Positions 50,752 to 64,000 of a stretch of 64,000 nt of DNA are shown here, piece by piece. Position numbers and translations under genes: made by a program. The stretch comes from Seison nebaliae. Its lineage: Eukaryota. The stretch lies in contig JALJEE010002335.1 in the NCBI GenBank assembly GCA_023231475.1, positions 1 to 64,000 on the forward strand, given 5' to 3'. Within the stretch, counting starts at the first letter, position 1. Every line of letters begins with the position of its first letter. The notes beneath the pieces are model-generated. The model ran no database searches. It was not told the origin of the DNA and saw only the letters and a program-made list of their open reading frames with translations.

Positions 50752-53700
50752 AATTTCTTCGTTCAATATTTTTTTCAAAAAACTTTATTGATCCATTATT
50801 GAATAAGTTAAAATAGGGAACATTCCTCTTTTTGTTCAAGAAGGAAATTTAGTGGGGAAAAAAAGTTTTTGAAAATCTAATGAAATTTGATAGGAGAATA
50901 AGGAAAATCGAGTAATTGTTTACCTAAAACTTTGTAATTGAATTCTAGATAAATTTGAGGAAAAGTTTCTTCCTTTTACAATTCAATCATATTTCAATGT
51001 CTTTCTTCTCATTGATAATCATCAATCTGACAAAGAACAAAAAAGTAGGAGAAAGATGAAAACTTTCGACGAGAGATTCTTTTAATAAAAATAATAATGA
51101 ATAATTCTCAACGTTCTACATCTTCTTTTTCCTTTACTACTTACTTAGGTGTTAGATGATAAATTATCATAATCTCTCTTCCTCTCTTTTTCTTTCGCTT
51201 ATTCAATTTTATCCAACAGTCGCTCTCTTTCTCCCTCACTTACAAGAAGTCAATGTCGAGCCACAGAAAAATCTGAACTTCCCTAACGAAATATGAGGAT
51301 AGTGACGATAATAATCGTTATCTCAATTATATATTCAATTATATTAACACAATGAGTTGAGTGATTAGAGAACATGCGTTCGACATCATCAACAATCAAG
51401 AATATAACTGACTTACTGAGGGATAATCTGAGCGGATTAATCTAACTCAAATCATTCCAGTCTATTGGGAGTATATGAAATGGAACAATTTCCACTTATC
51501 TCTAAAGTTAAAGTCAATCGATTTTATTTAACACTCTCTACTCAATATTGCACGGTCCTAATTTTCCTTACGGAAATTATAAAGTTTTTTTTATTTAAAA
51601 TTTCTTATAATTAGACGAAACTTATTTCGTGATGAAGAGCTTAAAATTTGAAAGACTAACGAATCAATATATTTCTATTTGGAAGTTTCAGTATATTGTC
51701 AGTTCAAATTAAAAACGCTAGAGACAGCTGGGGAAGACATCATGTAAAATTATCTTCTTGTTCTTTCGCCCTAAACCACGATTAATTGGTAGTCTTCTAA
51801 TCTTTAAAAATATTTAATTAATCATTTGGCCCACTTGAAAACTTTTTATTTACTCTACGTTTTATTATTGAGTATTATTACTCGCTAATAATCAATAAGT
51901 CTACCGCTAAATACTCTTTCGATATTAGGTTCAGTTTATGAGCAATAGGAGGCTTGTTGTTAACAAATATTAGTACGCTGTACGCAACCGCCAACCTTCA
52001 ACACAACTCATTGGAAACTTTTGCTAAACCAACAGAATTCCTTTACAAAAAAGGAGCAAAAGTCAAAGAAATACTAACAGTTTAAAACGCAATAATCAGA
52101 TTTCAATTAATTTATTCTTTAACAATAAGTGGGAGACTTAATGAAGATTTAGTTGTGGTTCGTTGTAATTTTGCTGAAATTCTAATTTATGTTTCCAAAT
52201 ATTCAAACGTTAACTTGTTTGGTTTTAATGGAAAAATAATCGTAGAATATAAATCTAATATTCTACTACATATTTAGACATAATTATTCTTCCTAAATGT
52301 GTTGAACCTCATGAAAATGACATTGAACTTTTCTTGAGGGAATTACTAACAAAATTGTAAGTAAACTGTTGTCTAATCATTAGGTCTTTGTATCAAGTGC
52401 AGAAGAATAACAGAAAACAAACTGAAAAGAACTGATAATTTCCTGGTGAGGTAAAGCAGATAAATAACAAATGTTCATTCACAACCAGAACAACTACCTG
52501 ATTAATGTAAACTTTTACCACCACATTTGTTGTTAGAAGGTGAGAGAAGTAAGTTGGTTTACTTCATCCGTCAGTGGTAAGTTAGAAGAAATAAATTTTG
52601 TTGATATCAAATCATTTCTACGAAAGGAAAGAGTTAATATCATTAGCCGTCAGTCTCATTTCGTGAGAAATGAATGTTGAGTAATCGTTTTTGAAAATGT
52701 GAAATGGAGAGATTGATTAGAATGTTGTTATTAGAATGGAAGGAAATTAGAAGAAACAGTAGAATGTTCAATTGAATAAATAGAAATTTCGAAAACTTCC
52801 TACTATTTCCCATAGCACACAAGGAATTGTTATTAGCTGATCGATAGTCATAGAACGAGAACAGCAATGTGAACAAACCATTCGATCGTCAGGCAAATTA
52901 TTATATTTTACAAGCATGTTATATTGCGATTTATTACACTTCTTTGCATTCCCGTCTTCACATCAAAAAACATTTTCTTCTATATATTTATCACTTTCAA
53001 TTTCCAATAGTTCTTTTTATTCATTTTAATCAACTCATTAGGGATTCTTCTCGATTGTTCGATACAATCAATTAACTTAAATTTATTAAAAGAAATTCAC
53101 TTTTATTCCCAAACAGACGTGAATATATTCAGCCGAATAATGTCCATTTTAATTGACCTTTATTGTCTTGGCATTACGTATCAATAAAAGAAATTTTCTA
53201 CTTGATTTCATGTACATTTCAATTTTCCCAAGTTAATGGACTTCGGCTAAAAACGAACGAAAGAAAGTCCTTTCTTTTATTTGCCGAACAGCTACCAACT
53301 TCATTCATTTTAAACAAAAAACAATTATTTATAAATATTCTCATTTATTGTCTCTCACTACTTTCTTATGAAAATCCCAAAATATTCAAGATTGTGTTAG
53401 TTATATTGATTAGAGATTGACTAAAACACATTTAGGGAAGAATTTTTTGTTTGTAAATTTACATAATATACTTCTTCCTATTATTTCCAAGAAATAGTTT
53501 CGATTCGATAAAAAAAAGTGGCAGATGTGCAAAAACTACCAACCGTAAAAATAATCACAAATGGCTGGTCATCTCACGTGAGTGAAGCACAACTGTATCA
53601 TGATCGGAATATGATGATGTAAATAAACTTCATAATTCTCACAGGTCATAATCAATAATAGTAGAAATGGTAAACCATTTTTAAAAAGACTGATGAAATT

Positions 53701-56700
53701 CTTCTTCAAATTCACAAATAACTCTTTCAATATTGAAGACAATAGAGAAAATAAATGATTTTTATGGACCGTTCACAGATGTCTCAAAAGAAAATCTCCG
53801 ATTATAAAAAATAATGATAATAGTCGGCTATTTCACAAGTACCGGAATAAGAAGTTTTAATATTGTATTTATCGGTAAAATGGAAAGCTGTCCACTTCCT
53901 CATACCACCATTTGATGAAGAGAAATTTGTAGTGGGAGAGACTGAAATCAATTGTTTTTTTTCGTCAAGTTCAGACTTGTTCATGTCTTCAATTCTAGAG
54001 AACAGTGTTTTCTTTTTAGATAGAAGAAGTTGTCACGCTAGTTCTCGAATTTGACACATTCGATGAACCGTTCCACCACACTAATTTTCACATTGACATC
54101 GTGTGAATTTTAATAGAATATGTTTCTTGTTTGGAAAGTTCTATCTCATTCCCCCAGATAGATAAAGACGGAAGTAATCAAATTCTGACGCAGTTCGTAA
54201 CAGTAAGAAACTTCGATGAGAGGAGAAGATAAGATGAAATGAAGAGAATATGAAGGATAATTTGTTCTTTCACTTAATATTTCCTTCGTTTGAATGCTGA
54301 GTTTTAAGTGAAGACTATTATGCGATTTTCTATTTATTGTTATGGAAAAATTTCATAAAATTCTCTATTCTTCATTGTTCATAGATTCGCTAATCGCAAA
54401 CACAGATTGTGTTGTATGAATATTATAGTTCGGAGAAATAAATATGATAATTACGTCGTAAATATAAGACATAATGACCAGTTTCAACCAGACAAGATAC
54501 TGTGAGGAGCAAGTTTAAGGTCAAGCTCGTTGAAGATTGAAGGCAAAATCATCAAAAAGTTTCCAGTCGATTTTCCCATTAACTAATGTTTCTCATTAAA
54601 GTATTTTCGTATTAAATGAAGAAGGTCCATCAATATCGTATTAATCAATAAATGTTTACGTAATTTTACACGTTTCGATTACATTTATAGACGAATTCTC
54701 GGATAAGCAAATGAGAAAGCTTTCTGACGATTAATTGAAACGAAAGATTTCACTCCACTTCAAATCTTTTGTCTTCGTTTGTCAATCATTTTATTGATTT
54801 TTCTCCTTTATCAATTGAAGTTCGAGTCGTGAGATTGGAAAAAAAAATATAAAAAAAAGGGATTCAATTGTCAAAAACTAAAACGAAATTGATATCAATA
54901 TCAGTTATCAATTGATGATAAAATTTCTTTTAAATTGAATTCATTTTGTTCATTCTTCTTCTTCTTCTCAACTCGACGTGATTCTAATAGGCATAGAATG
55001 TATTTCTCGAGGAATATTCTCATATTTCTGAAATAATAATGTACGTTTTATTTTCTATCTATGTTTCCATGTCAGAAGTTATTATGGAAATGTTGTTCTT
55101 TTTTCAGTTACGAAGTTTGTCCATTTCTTTGATAAGCCACTCGCTAAACAGTAAAGCGTTCAAGGATAAGGAAGATGGGAATTTGAGAACGATTGTTCTA
55201 TCTTTTCATTCAGACGATTCTTTGATATATAATTCTTATTTCATGATCTCGTCTAACTTCATCATATGACTGCACAATAACTGCTATTAATGTGTAAATA
55301 TGACCTTCATGTGAAAAATTTGAAGATTTTATATTTGGAGAATGTTTTGTTCGAAGATAAATCACTCGATATCATTTTCTTGATACAGCTATTCATCTGG
55401 TGTTAATTTAAGGTTGTTGAATATGTTAGATAGAAAAGAAATCGAGAGATTTGTAAGAGGGAATTATATTAATATTTTTTTCTTCAATTTTCATACCAAA
55501 TTTCGTCAGTTATTATTATCTAACTTCTTTTAACTGATCAATAATTGTTAGAATAAATTCACTACATTTTGGACGTGTTTATTGTTTGGTGGGTGTAGGT
55601 AACAGTTGAAATTTTATGTAGATAGAAAATGGATGAATGAACTGATGATATTCAGAGAACTGAATAGAATAAAATCTTTAAATGAAACTTTCACTGTTAC
55701 AATATGAAATTTTCGTTTTGAGAAGATGCAACAGATCGAAGGACACTAAATATGTTACTAAATGATCGATTACGATTTACGACTAGTAGAAGTCGATGAT
55801 ATTACTATATATCGCTACCATTATTCTCATTCGTCTTGCCCTTATCACCATCACCGCCATTATTATCATTCGAACGTTTTTCACCCAAACAAGTTTCTTA
55901 TGATTGGTGATATAACATATTATTTTCTGTTATGATTCTTCTTCACTTCACTACCATGACCTTATTAGGAGACAGAATGGAATTGGGCGAAAATTGTAAG
56001 TGAGTGGTAAAATACGAGGACAAAAAACTAAATGTATATACTCTGTTAATCATTTGTTTCAGTAAGATTGTTATATTTACTCATTGTTTCTGATCGCAGT
56101 AATTGAGTCTCAATGAAAAAGAAGGAGTATGTAACTACTTATTCATTCAAGAAGTTCTTTTCCTTGTAATATTTGATTACTACTTGATTATGGTTATTGT
56201 CTTGAAGAAAAAATTAACTATGTTACACATACACATTCCTCTTTCGTTATATAAACAACAAGAATATTATGCAACGAAGAGAATTCTTAATAGAAATATA
56301 ATTTAATTATCTCTAATTTATATTTTATTATTTTTCTTTGATTTATTTAAATTTTCAGATGATAAATCATCTCCAAATATATTCAGACTGAAACATCGAC
56401 TACAATTGAGTCGTAACATTTCCTATCTGATATCACATCAGAACTTCCAAAATTCAAATGAATTTTAAAATATCTAATTAGTTAGTTTCTCAAAAAGAAT
56501 TACTTATGTTAGAAATTATTTTTATAAAACATATATTTTCACTTCGTATACTAAACACTCAATTTAGATTCATCAAACGATAAGTTTTGTTTCATTAAAA
56601 TTTTGTTGAATCGATTGGTGATGATTTGAGAGATTAGTTTGACCTTTTCAAATATTTTTGTTGTCGAACGTCCGACACTTTTCAAACAGTACATTGTTCT

Positions 56701-59700
56701 TATTTGTCATTAAGATATGACGAAGAATATTTCAAATTTTATATTATAATTAGATTAAAATGAATTACGTTTGTTTTTACATTAGTTCTGATGAAACGAT
56801 TAGGAAACGAAGAAATAAGAACAATACTTTTTTTTTTCGATTCTTTCCGTGAAAGTTTGAGAAAAGGAAGTAGTTGTCATTGTTGTCAGAAAACGTATTT
56901 CATGTAAATAAATGAGATAGAAATTACAACAGAATTATTGTAAATTGTAAGGAATAACATGAAAATTTCTTATTTCTTATATTAAATGATTTTTCAATCA
57001 CGACATTTTCGTATTAAGAAAAACTAATTTCCTTCGAAGGTATAAGTGAGAGGCAACAACTGGGAAACTGTGGCATAAAATCTGTTATGATATATGCAAA
57101 CGAAAATAACTGAAGGGTAGAAGAATAACAGTATTTGGTCGAAGAGAATGCCAAATACACGTTACTTTCTCGGACCATCTCCTCTTCGGACATATCGTTC
57201 TGTAATTCATTCGATTATTAATAAGGAAACATCGGAATAACCGATAAACTGATTAAAGAGAGATTTTAAAATTGAATAATTATTCTATTTTTAATACAGT
57301 GAATAACGAATTGAAGAAGATTGTAATGCAACATTTTTAACTAAAAATTCAAATTTCAGTTCAATACTAGGAGAATATTTAGAGCACTTTAATGTAGTCC
57401 AGAAATGGACTTCAATCTGATGAAGGATTGTTTCGCAAAAGATTTATTGTCTTAATAACAGAAGTATCCTAAGTTTTTTTAAAGAACGGAACGTTAACTA
57501 ATTGTTTTGGCATTGAAGTGAGAAAGAAAGTAGGAAATGTAGAAATATTGGAACAAGAAAGTCCATAACACAATCAGTTAAGCAGTGTCTCGACAATTAT
57601 GTATGTTGAAAGAAAAGTTGGCATTAATGTTTAGATAAAAACTTATTCTCTTCCACCATTTCTTTATTTAATCTGACGTGAAATGTTTATTAGCAACCAG
57701 TCAATGTCTTCCTCATATTAATTCCGAACTCACCAGCTGGTGGTGAGCATTGGACAATGAACCTTGACTCACAAAAAGAAAAACTGCATGTTTCGTTTAT
57801 GAAAAGCTAGAGGAATAACAAACAGCAAATAAGACGTTTCGATTAATATTAGAGAAGATGAGAATATCATATCTCTCATTGAAATAGGAGGCGAGATTCA
57901 TGTTCATTGAAAGTAGAATCAAATTCTTCCATTAATCATTATTTTCTTCAAATTTTTATTAATTTTAATAAAAGAAAACCTTTATCTTCACATAGTTTGT
58001 CATAGAAGGAAGTTATGAATGATAAATTCTTATATCGTTCTTGACAAGGTAATTCTCAACCATTCCCTCTTTTTTCGCTATTAGTTCATTAACGGAACTG
58101 TGAATGAATGAATGAGTAATAATAATAATAATATTTTTTTTCCTTTTTCTGTCTATTTATAACATCGGCCAATGCGGTCTTCACATTCTTCATTTCTTCT
58201 TCATATGTTAGTCTTCTTTCTTACACTTGAATCTTCATTTGTGAGTCATGTTCATAGTTTATAATCAATCGACTAGCCAACACACAGTGAGTATGTGTAG
58301 GAAGTAAGAGGATTATTATGCAGAACTAGAATATTCTAGAAATTAAAGAAGTTGGAACTCTTACCATTACTCGTAAATCATCATAAATTACTATCATCAC
58401 ATATTCGTAGAGAAGTCAACAATTGGTGATAGATGGGATGTGTAATCAATTTAATTCTTCTTCATCCGCTTGTCCATCAACTGTAGATTTGTAATAGATG
58501 GAAAAGTAGTTGATTGATATGCGAATCAATAGCTATCTAAATGAATGAATTGATGGGTGTTAAAAAGAATGAAGGACGTTTGATTCAATTCTACTTCCTC
58601 TACATAATACTTTAAGTAAGAGGTCAAGATCACTTCGAATTATCATAGGAAATTTGAAACAAATGATTCTGCCTGTTTCCTTCATATCAATATTATATTA
58701 TTGAGAATTAACATGAAACTATCACTCATTCCACAATTAATTCTTTTATTTCATATCACTACTCGTACTATTCTCGACGAATATGTTCTATCGTATTATC
58801 TATCGCGAAAAGACTGGTGTTCACCTAAAATTTTTCCTTATATATATTATTATATATTATTTTTACATATTTTCCTTTTATTATTCAGCCATTCACTTTT
58901 AACCAGAGACACTTACTTACGGATCGTTCGACCTCTCCTCCTTCTACATTATGACGTGTGGCAGGCGGATCAATAAGCATATACTTCATCAGCATATTCT
59001 ATGAAAAAATAATGGAGAAATCTGCATTTCGTCATCATCAATAATATCGTCATTTTACTTCCGGTGCATCGTTTTTTGCATCAACAACTTCCGGTCGAGC
59101 TAACTTCATTCCATATTACATCATTCGCCATCACCACTCAATATTTCTTTCGACTTCTTATATCATCATCATTATCACGAATGAAGTTAAGTGTTTACGA
59201 GGCGGAGATAGAAATCACAGAGCGCACGTATCAAGCGGAACCACAACATCAAAATGAACATCAACTTTTATGTAAATAAACTTTCCTGTTTCTACCGCTA
59301 CTCCTACTATGGATGATGAGGAGAATTTCGAGTTCAACCACTTATCTCCTATAATTTCCTTCATTTTTTTTCATTTATTCTCAACTTTCACTTCTACATA
59401 TCTCATTTGTTATTTGGTTGAACATTGTTCATTTCTTATTTTGATAAATAAGATAATATTCATTTCCTATGAAAATGATGAAAAATCGAAAACAAATTGT
59501 TGATATTCTCTCCAATTTCTATTGAATTAATTCAATCATATTTCCATTTTATTTCCTAATATGTCCAAAGGACAATTATCAATTATATTTGAAAACCATC
59601 ATAATAATTGTTTCAACAACTTTTATTAACATGATGTAATGTTAAGATTTGGGAGTAAAACTATTTTAAAAAATTTCCTTTTTCGAAAATAATAATTTTT

Positions 59701-59917
59701 TTTATTATGTTGATCAATTGATTATCGATCATATTAGACAATTATCGATAATTATCGATGAAATTTATTATCTCTAATCATTTTTCGTTAGTTGTCTTAG
59801 ATTAGAAAATAAATTGAAAAAGAACTGGTGTTTTTGATTGTTAGTATGAAGAGTCGAATTCTCGCATCAATTTGATGAAAATTTAACATTCTTAAAGAAA
59901 GAGAATGTCTTTGACGA

Positions 59918-62590
59918 ATGATGACAATGAACAATTTGCATTTAACTTTATTCACAATTTCTATTGTTTTTGGAATTTCCGTTAATTTCATTAGTGCTAC
60001 GGAAATCCTGAACGACGTCGATTTACAATATCTCGGTTTGCAGAATCATTCAAATCGGAAAATAGTTTTAGTAAAACGAGCAAATCTTCCTTGTCCTTCC
60101 TATGTTGATGTTGGCCAATTGAGATTACGACAAAATATTAAAACGTCATGCAAAAGAACTTATGCGAAGAGTATTATAAGCTTTTATCTACAATCGAATC
60201 GCTTCCCAAATTTCAATAGGACAATTAGATGGAATTACATTCGGAAAGAATCGTTGAAATTCAATCAAATTAACATCAAATCTAACCAAAAAAATGTGAT
60301 ACTACCAAAATTTGGTTTGAGTGCCCATCCACCCTTTATTCCAAATGCGAGGAATAATAAGTTGAAATTAATTTCCATTAACGGAATTAAAGAAAATGCT
60401 TTTGTGAACTTTGATATTGGCACTGTTTATGGAACGATTGAGATTTGGAACGGTAATTTAGAAATGATCGAAAAGAATGCTTTTAATCAATTGAACGTTT
60501 ACAAATTAAGTTTCTTTCATACTACCAGGAATTCACAACAACTTTCCGCTGAGCATTTTGGAAGTTGTTCGATAAAATCTTTACATTTTTACGGATTATC
60601 TTCATCAAATTTCTTCTCATCACTCAAGAATGTGGAAATTCCTTATTTGAAGATCGAATATATGACTGTAACTGAACATGGAAATGCACTGACAAGAAAT
60701 TTCCTTCCACAATCTCACTTTGTTACTTTGGATTTAGTTCGTATCAGTTTTCGTATCATTGAAGATGATGCACTTCAATATAATGCAAAGAGAATATCAC
60801 GATTGGTGATTAGTCGAACATTAATTGAGAGAATTGGAGAAAAGATTTTCAAAAATTTCTTTAAATTGTCTTATTTGGATTTGTCTAATAATCGATTGTC
60901 ATCAATTCATCCAAATGCGTTTATTGATTGTCAGAATTTGAAAACATTGAATTTGAATGGAAATAAATTATTATTTCAAATCTCTTCAAATCCATCCACA
61001 ATGTTCACATTCCTTGAGAAGTTGAAGATAAATATGAACGTCGATCGAACAACATTTACTGATGAAGACAGCGAATGTTTCGTTGATTACATTCCATCGT
61101 CAATTAAAGTTTATCCAGTGAATGGAGAAGGTTGTTCTTGTGCAATGATAACGTCAATACTTAAGTGGAAAGAGAATTCTCAGAGAAAAAGAAAGAGACG
61201 AGATACGATAAATATGGAGATTATACCGAATCATCTTCCAAATCTCGAATATGCTTCATTGGATGATATCGATAAAAAAAGTACACATCCTTTATTTTAT
61301 AAATATCCGATACCTCTATTCTTTTCTGATGATTCTGAAGAAAATTTACCGGAGTTAATGATGGATGACAATTCTGTTTATTCATCACATTCATCATCCA
61401 ATTGGCAGTGTAAATATTATTCATCGAGTGTATCTTACTTGAAGAAAACATTCCAACAAGATTGTGCCAAATACAATTACCGATGTTCCAAAATCCGACC
61501 AACTTCTCCACATCAGATTTTGAATGATAGAACAGAAATTATTCCTAAGAAAACGACAACAACCTCATCAACAACAAAATTATTAAAAATTTCGACAACC
61601 AAAAATATTTTCGATAATAAAAGAAAAAAAAGTAAAATGACAACAACATCAACAACAACGAAAAGAAAAATACCCACAACAACAACAACCACGACAACAA
61701 CCACAATTGCTACAACTAAAAGAAAATTGATAACAATCAAGAACAAATTCCGACAAAATATTTTATCATCTCAAACAGAACCAAAATCTGAATTTCCCAA
61801 ATTTATTCGGGTTCAAAATGGAACATTAGCAGTATTGAATAAAGATAAGGAAACAGTCAAAGTTTCTCTTCCAAACAAAGAAACGATTATTAATAAAATT
61901 CAAAGACATGTCAAACCAGTTGAATTCAATGTTTTCTATTTCATCATCATATTCATATCGACAATAATTATTTCAATTTTATTATTCGTCGCTTGGCAAT
62001 GCATATTCAATCGATTCCATAAAACGTATCAAATTAATCGACGATCGAAAAATTATGCTGTTGGTAGTAGTCATCTTAGCATCCAGAATCAAAACATCTA
62101 TCGACATTATAATCGAAAATCTTCAACAGAAACATGTCCCATCAAATTTGATCCGGAGAACGATGTCAACCAATTAATTCAGTCACTCATTCTTAAACCG
62201 ACTGCCTCCAATTCAACAATGGACCGAATACTGCGGGTCGATGTGTCTTCCAGACCCACATTAGATTCATCGAACGATGTTCTATTTGACAACATAAAAA
62301 CTTCCGATACGAGTGATGGAATGACAACAAATAGTTCTATACATTCATCAGAAAACGGTCCGACTTCTGGTATGAATCAAAAGTCCAATTCGTATTATTT
62401 CAATTTACCCAAAAATCAAACGAGAAAAACTAATCAGCAACAAAAACGTCGTCGTCATCACCATAATATCGTTTATCAGAGAAATCATGATTATTTATTG
62501 GCAGATCGTTTGGGCGCCAGTAGCGATAGTACAGTTGGAGGTGGCCTACAACCATCCAACACTGAAGAAAGTAGTTTGAATACAAAATGA
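59918..62590 (+). CDS. Single-pass type I membrane leucine-rich-repeat protein, intronless
   Basis: Signal peptide, extracellular LRRs (LSYLDLSNNRLSSIHPNAFIDCQNLKTLNLNGNKL), CSC cap, Thr-rich stalk, TM VFYFIIIFISTIIISILLFVAW and a low-complexity cytoplasmic tail. Confidence 0.9.
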   Translation: MMTMNNLHLTLFTISIVFGISVNFISATEILNDVDLQYLGLQNHSNRKIVLVKRANLPCPSYVDVGQLRLRQNIKTSCKRTYAKSIISFYLQSNRFPNFNRTIRWNYIRKESLKFNQINIKSNQKNVILPKFGLSAHPPFIPNARNNKLKLISINGIKENAFVNFDIGTVYGTIEIWNGNLEMIEKNAFNQLNVYKLSFFHTTRNSQQLSAEHFGSCSIKSLHFYGLSSSNFFSSLKNVEIPYLKIEYMTVTEHGNALTRNFLPQSHFVTLDLVRISFRIIEDDALQYNAKRISRLVISRTLIERIGEKIFKNFFKLSYLDLSNNRLSSIHPNAFIDCQNLKTLNLNGNKLLFQISSNPSTMFTFLEKLKINMNVDRTTFTDEDSECFVDYIPSSIKVYPVNGEGCSCAMITSILKWKENSQRKRKRRDTINMEIIPNHLPNLEYASLDDIDKKSTHPLFYKYPIPLFFSDDSEENLPELMMDDNSVYSSHSSSNWQCKYYSSSVSYLKKTFQQDCAKYNYRCSKIRPTSPHQILNDRTEIIPKKTTTTSSTTKLLKISTTKNIFDNKRKKSKMTTTSTTTKRKIPTTTTTTTTTTIATTKRKLITIKNKFRQNILSSQTEPKSEFPKFIRVQNGTLAVLNKDKETVKVSLPNKETIINKIQRHVKPVEFNVFYFIIIFISTIIISILLFVAWQCIFNRFHKTYQINRRSKNYAVGSSHLSIQNQNIYRHYNRKSSTETCPIKFDPENDVNQLIQSLILKPTASNSTMDRILRVDVSSRPTLDSSNDVLFDNIKTSDTSDGMTTNSSIHSSENGPTSGMNQKSNSYYFNLPKNQTRKTNQQQKRRRHHHNIVYQRNHDYLLADRLGASSDSTVGGGLQPSNTEESSLNTK

Positions 62591-63056
62591 AATTTTCCTA
62601 TTAATCTTTAACTTTGTGTTCACCGGTTACTCATCATATTTCGTTACCTTCTCAATTTTCTTGCTTTCGACTTCTTCTCTCAACTACAATCAATTAATTT
62701 ATGTTCGTTCTTGTTTTTCTTTTGCCAAACTTTAAATTTACGAGAAAAAAAAAACAAACAAAAAAACCTTATAACAAATGTGCCAATATTCCACTACTAT
62801 TTCTTCCGTCAAATTTTTCCATATCCATATTTTTTTCTTGTATCATACCAAATCAATTTTGTTTCTCAACAAATGTTTATGTAAATTTTTAATTATTTCA
62901 TATTTTCCTTTTTTAAAAATTCTTTTCCGTTTTATTTAATTGCCGTTATATAAGACAAATGTTCTTTTAATAAAATTGGTAAGAAAATTTCAAAAACTTT
63001 TGTTCTCAACTAGAAACTAAATTAGTTGAAAAATAAAGTTGACGAATTGAAGAATT

Positions 63057-63818
63057 TTATTTATACTGAGAAAAATATTGACGAATATGTTTCATTCCTA
63101 ATTGACAGATTTCTTTAGGGGGTCTCTCTAACGGATTGGTTAATAATCCACTTTGTATTATATTGAATTGATTCCATTCCAAATATTCCAATTGACAAAT
63201 AGATCTTGGCAGATATTTAATATTATTATCTCCCAACCACAAATCTACCAAATATTCGAGTTGACCAATATTCTCTGGTAGACTTGTTAATTGATTACCA
63301 TAAATCAGTAGACTTCTCAATTGTTTCATATGAGATATTTCTTTTGGTAATTCGTTAATCTGATTACTTGAAAGATCAAGGAATCTCAACGATTTTAAAC
63401 GACATAATGACGACGGAAATTCTGTGAATCGATTATTCGCCAAATGTAACGAGACTAATGTCAAATTTAATTTTTGGAAAGTATCAGGCAATCTGTTCAA
63501 TTGATTGTTACTCAACATGAGAACTTGAAGATTTTGGAAATTATCGATATGACTTGGAATCGTCATTAGATTATTCGTGTCGAGAATTAAAATGCGAATT
63601 TGTTTATGAATTCGATCGAGACGTTCTGGAAATTGTTTCAATCGATAACTGAGACATGATTCCCGTTCCGGTGATAATTCTAACATTTCAATTTTGTGTT
63701 GTAAACACAAATTAACGATCTCCTTATAGTCATGTAAGATTTTTCTCAATTCCTTTCCACGAATCTTTAGTTTTTTTACCAAATAAGTTGGATCGACCTC
63801 CACCGTAAATCGAGTCAT
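63057..63818 (-). CDS. Cytoplasmic LRR protein (SHOC2/RSU1-type repeats); may extend 5' beyond the window
   Basis: 23-aa repeats LxxLxLxxNxLxxLPxxI and a C-cap NPLERPPKEICQLGMKHIRQYF. There is a TTTCAG acceptor just upstream and a possible 45-nt exon at 63889-63933. Confidence 0.88.
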   Translation of the reverse strand: MTRFTVEVDPTYLVKKLKIRGKELRKILHDYKEIVNLCLQHKIEMLELSPERESCLSYRLKQFPERLDRIHKQIRILILDTNNLMTIPSHIDNFQNLQVLMLSNNQLNRLPDTFQKLNLTLVSLHLANNRFTEFPSSLCRLKSLRFLDLSSNQINELPKEISHMKQLRSLLIYGNQLTSLPENIGQLEYLVDLWLGDNNIKYLPRSICQLEYLEWNQFNIIQSGLLTNPLERPPKEICQLGMKHIRQYFSQYK

Positions 63819-64000
63819 GTTCTGAAATTAATTATGAGAGTCACCGACTAATCGTATAGGAGAATAAGGATTATTAGTAGCAATTAACGTTGCCATGACA
63901 AATGGGAAATTTGGGAAATATCGGATTTGAAAGCTGTTAGTCTGACATTTCTTAATAAAATAACAGGAATTGATGACGGAATAATTTTTTTGTAAAAACT

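Noticed and set aside
61513..61746. Poly-Val hydrophobic ORF
   Set aside because: Antisense of the Thr-rich stalk of the LRR receptor.
63889..63902. RFX X-box-like GTTGCCATGACAAA
   Set aside because: Imperfect match that overlaps a probable small coding exon and donor site of the LRR gene.

Overview
This is an AT-rich (roughly 30% GC by eye), compact animal genome segment with standard genetic code and mostly 40-60 nt GT-AG introns. An alpha9/10-like nAChR, HUNK and ASK1 point to a metazoan, probably a spiralian; the taxon is inference only. Left to right the window holds: a decayed non-LTR RT fragment; a minimal furin/PC-type convertase; HUNK kinase; a nAChR alpha subunit; intronless PGAP1; a small ORF; a coiled-coil gene; ASK1/MAP3K5; a TE-rich island (Gypsy-type gag fragments and a Tc1/Tc3-like transposon) holding two paralogous secreted proteins built from a divergent sushi/CCP-like 4-Cys repeat; an orphan coiled-coil gene; two tRNA-Arg(CCU) genes; EVI5 Rab-GAP; a single-pass LRR receptor; and a cytoplasmic LRR gene. 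Three observations stand out. (1) 36 of the 37 introns I reconstructed start with GTT rather than GTR, suggesting a shifted 5' splice-site code. (2) The Tc1 transposase halves flank a complete sushi-like gene, resembling Pack-TIR capture. (3) The convertase has intact catalytic residues but no visible prodomain. All gene models were derived by hand, without database searches.
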